From Owenia fusiformis (taxonomy: Eukaryota): DNA of 64,000 nt. Positions 26,707-40,390 of the stretch are shown here, piece by piece (positions within the stretch are counted from its first letter, which is position 1; each line of letters begins with the position of its first letter). Below the pieces are notes generated by a model, which ran no database searches, was not told the DNA's origin, and saw nothing but the letters and a program-made list of their open reading frames with translations. A program made the position numbers and the translations under genes. Location of the stretch: contig CAIIXF020000001.1 of the NCBI GenBank assembly GCA_903813345.2, forward strand, positions 12,152,001-12,216,000. The letters are read 5' to 3'.

Positions 26707-29700
26707 GCATTTTACCATGTTGAAATGGACCATGGCTATACCATGGTATACCATGGTATGACCATGGTATACCATGGTATATGGCCATGAAATGAAATAC
26801 CATGGTAATACCATGACCGATCATGATAGTTAAATGGCACCATTGCATTTCATGGTTAACAGCGCGTTTTTAACATGGAGTTTTCCATTGAAAAAATACT
26901 GCAGTTTCGCAGTATTTCATGGTCAGAAACCATCAAATGCAATGATATCATGGTCAAGTTCTCGACCATGATATCATTGCATTTGATGGTTTCTTGACCA
27001 TGATATTATTGCATTTGATGGTTTCTGACCACGAAATACTGCGAAACAGCAGTATTTTTTCAATGGGAAACTCCATGTTAAAAAGCGCTCCTGACCATGA
27101 AATGCAATGGTGCCATTTAACGATCATGCTATACCATGGTATACCATGGTCAATTAACATGTAATTTTGTATCTAAAAAATACAACCATTTCACAGTATT
27201 TCATGGTCAAATACCATCAAATGCAGTGATATCATGGTCTAGACATTCAACCATGATATGCAATGGAGCCATCCAATTATCATGATCTACCATGTTATTA
27301 CCATGGTCACTTTACTTAAAATTTTGCATTTAAAATACTGCTATTTTGCAGTATTTCATGGTTGCAAACCATCAAATGCAATGAAGTACAGTCAAGATGT
27401 TTAGTCGAAGACTGGAGGTTGGACTTACAAAATATTGAGCTGATCTCCTATTTCACCGACATCAGTCAAAAAAAAGTAAAGCAAATTTGTTTAACAAAAA
27501 AAATTTGTTTCTAGGGTTATTAACTTAATTATTCATAATATAAATTAATTTATTAAATAAAGGAACAAAAGTATATAAAGTTGTGATTTTGATGAATATC
27601 AGAATCACTAATTATAATAATAATTTGGTTATCTAATTAACATTTATTAATAAAGATATTTCATGTAGAAAATACTTTTTAGCTCACATGGTGAGCTTTT
27701 GCAATCACTCACTTGTCCGTCTGTCTGTCCGTCCGTCCGTCCGTCTGTCCGTCTGTGACTTTGTGTACCAATATTGATGTGGCTGAGTTGGAGTAATTTG
27801 GTAAGTGGTCCGAAAATGACTTTAAACTATACAAAAAATTTTCCGGTTTATACACATGGTGTATAGTCTAAATAGTCCATTAATCCCATACCCTAACAGG
27901 TTAAACAATAATTTTTTTTAAATAAAATAAATATACATATGATTTTTTTAAATAGTTTAAAATACTGAGTAAATGGTATAGATATATGAATAGAAAAATA
28001 AAAAATGAAATAAATAAAAATGTTAACTATAAAAATGGAAAACAAATGAAAAATGTTAACTATAAAAATGGAAAACAAATTAAAAATGTTAACTATAAAA
28101 ATACTCCGTACACTGAAGTGTTCATGGACTTGTTAATATAGTCCAGGGACCCAGTTATGTCTTATTTATTGAATCCATGCAGGGAAGGGGAGTGTTTCCA
28201 TGGACTAAAACGTTAAACCCACCTATGCCCAGTCACAAGCCTGAGGAACCTGCTTTTATATCTAATGTGGATTTTTATCTTACCAATCATGACTTAAATA
28301 TTAATATGGGTATTTCCTATAATTAATATATACTGGATTTTAACTTACCAAATATGACTTCAATATTAATATGGGTTTAAACCTATAATGTATTAAATAC
28401 TGGATATGACAAGTAAATAAAATCAATTATAATCTACCTATATGATGTAGATATCCAAATGTTGGTCTGAATTTATCTTTGTGGAAAGATTGTATGCTTC
28501 AGTTGCTCTTTAACAAAACATGTGGGACAGTGTATCTATATATTACAAGATGTCCGTCTGTCCGTCCGTCAACAATAGTGGCACTTTTTAAAACCTCTGT
28601 CGATAGGATTCCTGTTTTAAGTTATTTATGTTCAAGATCAATACAGAAAACCCCCCTATGACTCCTGGTTCAAAAGCTCGCCTATTTTCAAAATGGCCGT
28701 CACTTTTGTCTCGCGAAATTCACTTTTGACCCATTTCCTTTAAAACCTCTGTCGATAGGATTCCTGTTTTAAGTTATTTCTGTTCAAGATCAATACAGAA
28801 AACTCCCCTATGACTTCTGGTTCAAAAGCTTGCCTATTTTCAAAATGGCCGTCACTTTTGTCTCGCTAAATTCACTTTTGACCCATTTCCTAGTTTTACA
28901 AATAATTTCAGGTGTCCTACAATGTAAAAATCCATGTCAATGTAAAGGATAGATATATGTTATAATATTGTTACAAAAAAATCAGCGAAAAATTATATGC
29001 ATTTTTTTATTTTCAGCCATTTTAGTTAACATTGATTTGTCTATCTGACTCGCGAAATCCACTTTTCGTCAATAACAGTGGCACGTTTTAAAACCTCTGT
29101 CGATAGGATTCCTGTTTTAAGTTATTTCTGTTCAACATCAATACAGAAAACTCCCCTATGACTCCTGGTTCAAAAGCTAGCCTATTTTCAAAATGGCCGC
29201 CATTTTTGTCTCGCGAAATTCACTTTTGACCCATTTCCTAGCTTTACAAATAATTTCAAGTGTCCTACATTGTAAAAATCCATGTCAATGTAAAGAGAAG
29301 ATGTATGAAATAATTTTCTTACGAGAAATCAGCGAAAAATTATATCCATTTTTTTATTTTCAGCCATTTTAGTTAACATTGATTTGTCCATCTGTCTCGC
29401 AAAATCCACTTTTGGACCATTTACAATACCTTAAACCCTCTGTCGATAGGATTCTCGTTTTAAGTTAATTTTGTTCAACATCAATACAAAAAACTCTCCT
29501 ATGACTCTTGGTTCAAAAGCTCGCCTGTTTTCAAAATGGTCGCCATTCTTGTTTCGCGAAATTCACTTTTTGCCCATTTCCTAGCTTTACAAATAATTTC
29601 AGCTGTCCTGCATTGTAAAAAGCCATGTCACTGTAAAGAGTAGTTGTATGAAATAATTTTGTTACAAAAAATCGGCAAAATATTATATCTGTTTTTTTAT

Positions 29701-31189
29701 TTTCAGCCATTTTAGTTAACATTGATTTGTTCATCTGTCTCGCGAAATCCTCTTTTGGACCATTTACTTAAAACCTCTGTTGATAGGATTCCAGTTTCAC
29801 GTTATTTTTGTTCAACATAAATACAAAAAAACTCCCCTTTGACTCCTGGTTCAAAAGCTTGCCTGATTTCAAAATGGTCGTCATTTTTGTCTCGCGAAAT
29901 TCAATTTTGGCCCATTTCCTAGCTTTACAAATAATTTCAGGTGTCTTGCATTGCAAAAAGCCATGTCACTGTAAAGAGTAGTTGTATGAAATAATTTTGT
30001 TCCAAATAATTGAAAAAAAATTATATCCGTTTTTTTTCAGCAATTTTACTTAGCATCGATTTGTCCATCTGTCTCTCCGTCAGTCCAAAATAGTGGCAAG
30101 TGGCTTGAAATAATTTTGTTACAAAAAATCAGCAAAAAATTATATCCGTTTTTTTCTGTCACCATGTGAGCCCAGTACCCACGGTACTAATTTTTGAACA
30201 TGGTCTTTCATTGTATTTCACTGCATTGCAAGAAAGACCATTGCATTTCATTGCATATCATGATCAATCATTGTATTTCATTGCATTTCATGGTGAAACG
30301 TGGTATTTCATTGTATTTCATGATCCATTTCAACTCTGACCAATTTTAGACTTCGACACTCTTCTAGAGTTCTTTTGGCAATGAAATACCATGGTATAAC
30401 CATGGTATTTGATGGTCAGGTTTGACAATGAAATGCTATGAAATACAATCAACCACAAAATGCAATGATATGCCATGATAAATGATAGTTATGATTATGA
30501 CAATGAAATACCATGGTATGACCATAGAATTTGATGGTCAGGTTTGACAATAAAATGCCATGAAAAACCACCAACCATGAAATGCAATGATAAAACCATG
30601 ATAAATGAGAGTTATGATTTTGGCAATGAAATGACATGGTATGACCATGGTAATTGATTGTCACACGGTACAATGAAATGCGATAAAATGTCATCAACCA
30701 TGATATACCATGGTAATACCATGGTAAATGATGGTCAGGTACATAACAATAAAATATCATGGTATGACCATGGCATTTGATTGTCACATCGTACAATGAA
30801 ATACCATCAACCATGATATACAATGGTAATACCATGGTAAATGATGGTCAGGAACATGGCAATGAAATACCATGGTATTTGATTGTCACATCTTACAATG
30901 AAATGCCATGAAATGCAATCAACCATGATATACCATGGTAATACCATGATAAATGATGGTCAGGAACATGGCAATGAAATACCATGATAATAACATGGTA
31001 TTTGATGGTTAACTTTGAACATGAAATACCATGAAACAATAACATGATATACCATGGTAAAAAATTGACCAAAAAACATCATTGCCACCATGGCCAGAGT
31101 TGATGGTAATTTCATTGCCGATCATGATAGACCATGGTGAACCATGGTATACCATGGTATCATGGTTTAGGTTTAAACATGGTAGTGCC
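26707..31189. mobile_element. CATGG/CCATG-rich repetitive element with a long internal palindrome, interrupted by a HINE
   Basis: Imperfect TIR GGCATTTTACCATGTT / AACATGGTAGTGCC. ~200-bp inverted arms centred near 26960. The CATGG subrepeats resume at 30196-31180. Confidence 0.7.
27676..30195 (+). mobile_element. Complete HINE-like (Helentron-derived) element carrying a ~345-bp satellite array
   Basis: T-run, perfect 13-bp subTIRs GCTCACATGGTGA (27682) and TCACCATGTGAGC (30159), (GTCC/GTCT)n microsatellite, 3' stem-loop AGTACC-CAC-GGTACT, then a T-run. Monomer starts at 28591, 28743, 29091, 29434 and 29771. Confidence 0.85.
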
Positions 31190-32433
31190 GATTTTACAGT
31201 AATTTAGGTGCAATGTGTAAAACTATAATGGCAATATGTTTAAAATGTAAAAAAATTATATAGGACATTAATAAAGCTAGAAATGTAGATATTTAAGAAG
31301 CACATGGCAGCCATCTTGAAAAATGACGGCCTTTACTCATTATTTTACGATTGTTGCTGTAACTCGAAAAGTAGAGGAGCGATTTTGTTCATATTTGGTA
31401 TGTGAATACTATAAACATGGCACACTGTCTAATGACACTTTTGGTAGAAAGTGGCCATCTTGAAAAATGGCCACCATTTTGAAAAATGGCCGCCATTTTA
31501 ACATATTTTACAATAACTCGAAAATTAGTGGAGCGATTTTGTTCATATTTGGCAATGACACTTTTGGTAGAAGGCAGCCATTATGAAAAAAGGCCGCCAC
31601 TTTAACGTATTTTACTATAAGGTGCAGTGGTACTTAACAGGAAATGACAAAACAGGAAGTGACAAAAATGTGTCATTTTTAGACATTTTTTGAACAAAGA
31701 TAACAGAGTTCTGTTTTAACCTCCAGTCAATTCAAATAGTTCCACATATCATTTACAGGACAAGGATCACAATGTACATGGTCAGAATGACCCTAAACAT
31801 GATGAAATAATTTTTCAGCCCTCTGAAAATGTGACTGGAAAACAGCTAAAAGTAGGAGCTTAGGAAAGGTCACTGAACAGAATCTTTTGAATTTTTCAGA
31901 AAATGTGCCCAATACAAAATAAATTGTTTTACTAATGTGATATCAATCGAAGAAAAAGAAAAAAATGAAAAAAAACTGAATTGAAAGGCGATCATTTTTG
32001 TTTCAGACAATTTTCTAAAATTTCGAAGTTTGTATCAGTTAGAGCAATATAAGATGATTGGTTATATATTCTAAGAATTATACATAGCTTTCCTAGTACC
32101 CCCCTTAAAATCACACCAGGGGGTATAAATCTGCATATTTCAAAAATATTCAGAATCAATGTACTGTAGAATAATAAACAACAAATAACCTACATAAAGA
32201 GAAATTTGCCATTTTTCAAAACCACTTTTACACCACGCTCATCCAGTATCTTGAAAAGACTTCTTGCCCACCTTGAATTGATTATATATAGTATTTGTAA
32301 TGACCCCTAGAATACTATGAATACTATGAAGGGCAGATCAATATAAGTATTTTATGAGAATTAATGATCAGATAAGAATACGCTTTGGAAGTTTCAACAC
32401 TTTTTTATATCAACTCAACAACCAGCTAGCAAC

Positions 32434-32910
32434 ATGGGACTTTTGCAAGTGATCTTCAATTTGATTCTGACAAATCTGAGTATATATAATACTATTGTTG
32501 AAACACTATTGTTCTTTGTGTTGTTCATCATATTGTGGAGATATATCCAGCCAAGTCCTTATGTGTTACCCCCAGGACTTAGGTCTTGGCCATTCATAGG
32601 GAACCTAAGTTTGATGATGCCAACAAAAGAAGACCCCAGTGGAGCGGTTAGAGCTTTAAGTCTGTCATAGAAGTTCAAATCAAATATCATTGGACATTAT
32701 TTGGGTCCTTCATACTGCATAGTTTTACATGATTATGACGTGATCACGCAAATTTTTGGAATGGATGCATTTGCTTGACGTTGGAAGAATGATTTCTGGG
32801 AGATATACTTTAATGGTTTGATTGGATCTTCTGGTCCTCAATGGAAGGAACAGCAGAGGTTCACTTTAAGCACACTTCGAGATTTTGGTCTTGGAAAAAA
32901 CAAATCAGAG
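32434..32910 (+). pseudogene. Truncated cytochrome P450 pseudogene (5' half of exon 1), paralog of the 33825 gene
   Basis: Aligns in frame from MGLLQVIFN to [12 protein letters not shown]. In-frame TAG at 32668 and TGA at 32776. Homology stops at 32910. Confidence 0.92.
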
Positions 32911-33824
32911 CAAGATACTTATTAAAAGATTTTTGATGGTGTGATCTCGTTCACGTCATGTGCTTTGTTATTAATAATTATTGTTTTCAAAATTATTTAC
33001 TTGACAAAATTAAAAATCTACCTATTTTTCAGACATGATGTCATGTGTAAAAATCAGGTGTAAATGAATCAAAATGTACTTTGTAATGAATAATTATTGA
33101 TAGAGAAAAGTATAAAAACCTTGTGTTTATGAATCATAAAGTACTTTTGTAAATTATATTGAGTAAATATTAGACATAGAAAAACTCATTGGGCCAGTAG
33201 AAAAGTGCTTATGAAAGCCTATCGACTAATACCATACAGTGGACCTGTTTTCTTAGGGGCTGTTTCAAAACGATTTTGTGTTCATATATTATTTTGATTA
33301 CTATATATATATGCTTACACTTATGAACACTGCCAGCATCCAAAATAAACTTACATCAACTGTTTTTAAATTTTGGTCCAGGAGAAAACGTATTAGTAAT
33401 ACATAATTAATCACTGTGCAATAACAATTCATATCTTATTATATATTTATATTGATCTGAACTGATGGTGTCTCAAAAGCCGATGCTGGCTGGCTGTGAT
33501 TTTTATACTTGTACTTAATGTTTTTTTATACTATGTTGTATTTATTTGTATATGTCACAGGTGACACTTTAATAAACTATTTTAAACTAAACTAAACTAC
33601 CATCATGTACATGTAAATGAATATGCAAATATACTTAATCTGACATGTCTTAGCTTACTGTTTGGTGTTATTTGGGAACAATGGTATACCTATAGCTGTT
33701 TAGCTGATATTGACATTTTGAGATGACCAAAAATAATGAGCTGATAAGTGTAAGCATATAGGGATCAATACTCATATAAATACTGCAAAAGGTTTAGACA
33801 TTAATGTGAGCAGCAACCAGCAAC

Positions 33825-36803
33825 ATGGGGCTTTTGCAAGTAATCTTCAACTTCCTACTGGAAAATCTGACAGAAACACTACTGTTCTTGGTGTTATGCA
33901 TTATTGTATGGAGATATATGCAACCAAGTCCCTATGTGTTACCTCCAGGACTTAGGCGTTGGCCAATCATAGGGAGTCTGGGTTTATTCTTACCAACAAA
34001 AGAAGATCCAAGTGGAGCAAAAAGGATTTTAAGTCTGTCAAAGAAGTTAAAGTCAGACATGATAGGGCACTATTTTGGCTCTCAATACACCATATTCTTA
34101 CAGGATTATGATGATATAAAGCAAATCTTTGGAATGGACGCATTTGCTGGCCGTGAAAAGAGTGGTATTTGGGAAATATTCTTTGGTGGTTTGATTGGAT
34201 CTAGTGGTCCTCGATGGAAAGAACAGCGCAGATTCACTTTAAGCACACTTCGGGATTTCGGCCTTGGAAAAAACAAATCAGAACTGATAATTCATTCAGA
34301 AATTGAACATTTACTCGATCAGTTTGAAACATACAATGGTGAGCCAAATGATGTATCAATTCTTATAAACAGTGCAGTTTCAAATATTATTTGCTCTTTG
34401 ATATTTGGACATAGATTCGATTATAAAGACTCAACATTTAACTACATGTTGGACATAATGGAAGAACATTTCAACAGGAATATAATTCCAGTTTCATTCG
34501 GATGTATGTTCTTTGGAACAAAATTCATGTCCTGGTTGCCTGGAGATATTTTCAAAGTAAAGCGGACCAAAAAAATAATGGAAGAAATGCGATCATCAAT
34601 TTTTAAAACTGAGTTTGAAAATCATCGTGAAAAGTTTGATCCAAAGAACATTGATGACTACATGGATGCGTTTATCTTAGAAATGAAGAAAAGGGAAAAT
34701 AAGACAGATGAAGAACATTGGTTCACGCGTGAGTATATCAAATGTCATAAGACTTGAAATGTAGAAAGATACATTGTAAAAAGTTGTCTTCTTTTTTGTA
34801 ACATACTAGTACATAAAAGTATGTGATTATTATTCTCTTTCATTTGTAGAGGAACAACTGAACTTGAACATAGAGGACCTTTTCCAAGCAGGATCAGAAA
34901 CAACTACTACCACAATAAAGTGAGACATTTTGTTTTTACACCCACAAATCAAAGATAAAACGATTTACTAGAAAAATACATAGTTATAAGAATTGAGGTT
35001 GATGGAATTCTCATGTTTGGATAAACATTTGTTAAAGAGAAAATAAACAAGAAATATTCATAACTAAAAGAAATAAGGTTGATAGAATTCATAGCTCAAA
35101 TTCATGTTTGTATGAACATATATTGTTGTAGGTGGGTTATTGTTTACATGATGCACCATCCAGAGGTACAACAGAGAATTCGGGCTGAGATTCACAACGA
35201 AGTTGGAACAGAAAGATTTCCATCTATGCGTGACAAGGTCAATCTTCCTTATACTGAAGCAGTTTTAACTGAGATTCAGCGTATTCAGGTTCTGACACCT
35301 CTCACTGCTGGAAATGGAAGTACATTTGAAACCCCTACAACTATAAAGGTATTGATTTTTAGCATGTTCGATTGTCATAAAATATTCAAACATATTCTCC
35401 CTCAATGAAAATTCTGAGATAATTCTGATATGTTGTCTATATTGGCTCTTACTGTTGTACCATTGGAGATAGTTATGTGCTAATATGTATTTTAGCTAAT
35501 AATATATAGAGGGGGTTAAGCTTGAAAATATTTCAATGATGCTTTTCTCTACCTTTTATATATAACGTTTTATCCCATGCAGCCAAGTTGTGTCTATTTA
35601 GAAGCATTTTACAATTCCTTATGACAATTTGGCTAATGCTCAATGTATTAAACATTATTTCCTTTTACGTTCGATTATAATTAGAAATAGTAAGGGTTTG
35701 CTTTCCTTATGACTTGTATACTCTTTTCTTTTTCTTGCTTTGTTCTGTAAAAATTTAGGCATACACAATTATATTTTTTTGCTCTACCAGTAACTGAAAA
35801 TGATGTGGACTGATTTTGCTAAAATGTCATATAAGTGAATACCGTACTAAAAAAATCGTAATGACAATTGGGCTAATAGGCAGCCATATTAAGAATATAG
35901 ACATTTTTATATATATGTTATTTACATATTTTACTATTACTGGGAAAGTAGTGGTTAAAAAGTTATGCTAAAATCTGTGTACTCTAATATTACACTGTCT
36001 AATGACACTGAATTTGGCCAAAAATGGCAGCCTTGTTACTGTTATCAAGTTATAATTGATTATGCTTTGTCATATTTATACTATTTTTATTCAATAAAGT
36101 TAGATTGACAAATATTTATTCTTTACATTTGTAGCAACTTTTCATTTCTGTTTGCCTCTATTGGCTTCATTCCTACATAGATGTGTTTTTGACATGCTGT
36201 TGCATATCTAAATAGATTTTATACAGATTTGGCAGCAATATCAAATGAAGATTCATAATAAGGAATGGAAATATAACTCTCAGACATTACTTTATTAACA
36301 GGGATACACTCTACCACCTGGAACGACCTGTTATGCAAACTTCTATGCTGTCCATAATGACCCAAAGCACTGGGAATCACCAGAACAATTCAATCCTGAA
36401 CGGTTTTTGGATGCCAATGGAAAGTTTCGTCCAAGTGACAAGATGTTGACTTTTTCAACAGGTATGTATTAAGAATAGATAAATATCTGTTTATATATGT
36501 ATTTCCTGCACATATTCATTCACCAAGAATTAAACATGTGAATGATTTTTTTTGAACCACCCTGTATAGTGTGATTTTATGTTTTCCAAATAATAAACCT
36601 TTTTTATTATTGATATTTCAGGAAAGAGGTCATGTATTGGTGAAGGACTTGCAAGAATGGAACTATTCCTGTTCTGTACTGCAATACTTCAAAGATTTAA
36701 AATTACAAATCCTGGCGCAAAAGAACTGCCATCCTTAATGCCAATACGTGGTAGTTCCACTATGTGTCCAGAACCTTATGAAGTGTGTCTTAATGTGGAC
36801 TAG
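33825..36803 (+). CDS. Cytochrome P450, clan 2 (CYP2-like), 510 aa; exons 33825-34728, 34850-34919, 35132-35348, 36302-36461, 36622-36803
   Basis: GT-AG joins give 1533 nt in frame. N-terminal anchor plus [28 protein letters not shown] and heme motif FSTGKRSCIG. Confidence 0.95.
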
Positions 36804-37204
36804 ACTTCTACCCACTTTCTCTCAAGAGAGTGGTCATTGAGACATTCACTGATCCCTACCTTAGTATTCAAAGCCTGTACACATATTTCTTACCTTAGTT
36901 GATTCTCCGTCATTCTCAGAACAAGAGCACAAAAGTTGCAACAATTTCCAATCACTTCACGTCTACACATTGTTATTTTAGAGAATTAGAATCCTCTTTT
37001 ATTAATGTGTGTTTAATTTGATTGGTCAAATCACAAGTAGTTGTACACAATCTTTAATTAACTCCTTCTCAAAATTGATATTTTATTTCATTATACTGAA
37101 ATGTAATCAGGCAATAGTGTGATCAAGGTAAATCATTTGGACAGTTTAGAATCAATTGAGGTAAGAGATAAGTAAACAATCAGAACAGCACATAGTACTT
37201 TCTA

Positions 37205-37396
37205 AATCATTAAAGTGCAAAACATATCTTGGTTTTAGAAAATAAATGCAGGGTCAATCAATAAAGTGCAGAACATATCTGGGTATTAAAAAGTAAAAGC
37301 AGGGTTAATCATTGCATACCAGAATATATTTTGGTTTTTAAAAGTAAAAGCAGGGTCAATAAGTGCAGTGTAGAACGTGTTTTGGTTTTGAAAAGT
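37205..37396. repeat. Degenerate ~51-bp tandem repeat, about 4 copies
   Basis: AAAGTGCARAACATATCT..GCAGGGTCAAT recurs at 37212, 37263 and further on. Confidence 0.6.
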
Positions 37397-38699
37397 CACT
37401 GATTTAATGCTTTTCAACAAATTTTTTGAAGTGAATGCAATGAAGTGTCTAAACACAACTTTTATAACACTGGCTAATTGGAATTTGAAATGGTATTTCT
37501 AAATAATTTGCAATTTTACGTTATTTTGCTTTCTAGAAGTTATTTGAATTATACCACTATTATACCAACTGACTATAAATGGAAACTGATTAAATATTGT
37601 ACTTAATAGGTAGTAATAAATATATTGCTTACTTTATCACATGTTTTGGTTGTTGAGTTCCTATCTTCGTATCTTGTTACAAAATTCATTACTCCTTTAG
37701 GCTAACTTTTTCTCTTCCTGAGTGTGAACTGGTCGTTATTCTAAGTCTAAAAATATATCCATTGTCATAAATTAGATCATGTCATAGTGATTACATTAAA
37801 TCTAGTTTTTACAACCAGTTAGAATAGATTGATGTAGTCTAAACAATTTTGTAAAATGCAGAAGAAACACTTTCTAGGCTTTACTGGGAAATATACATGT
37901 AGATCACTTGTTCTGAAGTTTCAAATCTTGCCACTTGACATGCTCAAGGATATAGGAATATTTTAGAATTTGTACGGAACTCACAATTTTTATGTCACCA
38001 CTTTTTGTGACATCTTGCATGTTAGTGCCTTCACTAAATGTGGACTCCGGCTAATCGCTATTGCATTAAAGGAAGTATCAGTTCTAGCAGTAACTGTACT
38101 TTGGTGCTTCATCTTGACGAAAATAGTTTTAGTTTTAGAATATTTTGGGCTCATGTCATTCCTTGTCATGTCCATTTTCTAAAAATAGGCCCAGTATATA
38201 TTTTATTTGAGGAAAACAATTTGATTTTTACAATAATGCAATCATTTGTATATAATTACCATTCTTATTATATGGGGGAATTAACATATTCCCCCCCCCC
38301 CTATTTTTGCACTTTGAATCTTAAATAACTTCACCAATTGATAACATATCACAGATCTTTTGGGAGATATTGTATTTGAGATCATAAGGAATATATTGAT
38401 AGATGAATTGTACATATTGCTTGCAATTTTGTCACTCCCTATAGATCTGATTCTGCCTTTAAAAGATGAGAAATAGTGATCAAAACAGCCATAGTTTTCT
38501 ACTGATATCATTGTGAAATATTGTGTTTTATTGAGTATGGTGTCGGCTTTGCGGATGGATGTTGACCTTTTGATACTTTTATGGACTTCGAGACTGGATT
38601 TTGTCAGTCCAAAGTCATTTGAGACTGTTTGCCCTATCTTGTATGAATACTACATCAATACCAACTAGTTTTGATGTCATGAGTATTGATTATCAATAT

Positions 38700-39114
38700 C
38701 CTAGATGCGAGTAGAAATAATCTTGATTTACGTCATTAAAAATTCAAAATTCAAACTGATGTCATATTTGGAATCTACATGTAAAAAAATTACGTCTAGA
38801 AATATGGTTTTGAAAAGAGTTTGAAAATTTAATTTTCTTTGAAAATGTGACTTCTAGGTCGGGGAGATTCCCCATAGCCCCCATGTTGTAAAATCACAAA
38901 AATGGAAACATCTTTTCTTGTGTTGATAATATTTTCTTTTACTGGACATATTTTAATTTGTATAACTATCAGATACATAAGGGTAATATGAAAAGTGAAC
39001 CACTAAAACTGATGAATATTCAAGTTTAAGGGAATTTTGTAATACCCTGCCATGTTATTTCCCCCGAATCAGCCACCTGGTGGCGAAACTGGTAACTACC
39101 TACTCGCATCTGAG
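38700..39114 (-). mobile_element. CCCAGATGCGAGTAG-TIR MITE, copy 2
   Basis: AGATGCGAGTAG...CTACTCGCATCT; collinear with 57205-57539. Confidence 0.8.
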
Positions 39115-39529
39115 TAATTCATGTTTATTCTTCAACATATACTTTATTGACTTTAAACGTTCGAATGTAATTTTAGATTTATGCAATTGCCTCTGTATGA
39201 ATGAACTGTCCCTTGGTGTCATGGTTCTGGATTATGATCATGGAATTTTAATGGCGGGGAGGGGGGCATTAGACATAGTTTAATTTCATGTTTGATTATG
39301 GTTTGGGATAGTCTGGGGTCGTTTTTTCTTATGACCGATGTACCCTTAGATGTTTTTTTTTATTGCTGTGTTCTGTAACATTTTTTTGTCCTTTCCCTTT
39401 GGTACTTATGCATACATTTTTGTATATTTAGTTTTTGCACCAACATACTATTTTGCATTAGTAAGAGAACACAAACCCCGAACATGGTAAAAATTATCAT
39501 ATAGATTGGATTGAGAGGGTTGTTTTTTG

Positions 39530-39933
39530 GATTCACTTGATTAGTCCATTTGTCACCCCTATACATCCAAAAGTGAACCTAGAAATTGTTAAAAGTACGA
39601 TGTTTTATGGTCGATTTATGATAATAAGGGTTTTCTGAAGTGATTTAACTGGGTTGCCCAAAAATTTTGTTTGGGGAAAAAATGATATAGGCTGATTAGG
39701 GAGGGGTGCAATCGCTTAACATGGCGTTGACTATTGACTTAGCGTTTGGATACCACCATGTACCTGGTATGTTACCATGGTAATAGATACAAAAATTTTC
39801 CCCAAAGTTTTTTTTTGGGCAACCCAGCTAAATCACTCCAATAATCCCTAATGATAGTATTTACACAGAAAAACATCATACTTTTAAATATTTATACGTT
39901 CAGAAAATGACAAATGGACTAGATCCAATATTC
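39530..39933. repeat. Degenerate long inverted repeat (old MITE)
   Basis: TAGTCCATTTGTCA / TGACAAATGGACTA and CTGGGTTGCCCAAAAA / TTTTTGGGCAACCCAG are symmetric about ~39740. Confidence 0.65.
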
Positions 39934-40390
39934 ATATGAAAAGATCACTCGAAAACTTACCAAACTCCCAAACTCTGCAAAAAGAAATAATGGCCTGTGG
40001 TAATCTTCTCTTGCCATTCAGAAATCATCATTATAGTTCAAAGACCACGTGACATTTCATTCATATTGAATTGATTACTAAATCTCTTGAAAAGTTTCTT
40101 TGTCTTTCTCTTTTAGTACATGTACTTTTATTTGCTTATGTGTATGAGGGGTGATATGAAGTATATGTCTTAAAGGGATGATCATAAAGTACATGAACTA
40201 CATGTGCTGCTTTACTTTCACAAACTACCCATATAAGCAAAAGTGCCAACATCGGGAAAATACTTCAGAAACCTCTGTTACAATCCAAAAGCATAAGGCC
40301 ATAGGAGAATTCAAGTCATTACAATTTAGTATTTTTGGTGATGTCAACAACATCATTTTTTATTAATTTATATTAATTTAATACTCTTAA

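Noticed and set aside
30449-30835. 128-aa ORF, and similar ORFs at 26642-27160
   Set aside because: These are translations of CATGG subrepeats, with no splice or domain support.
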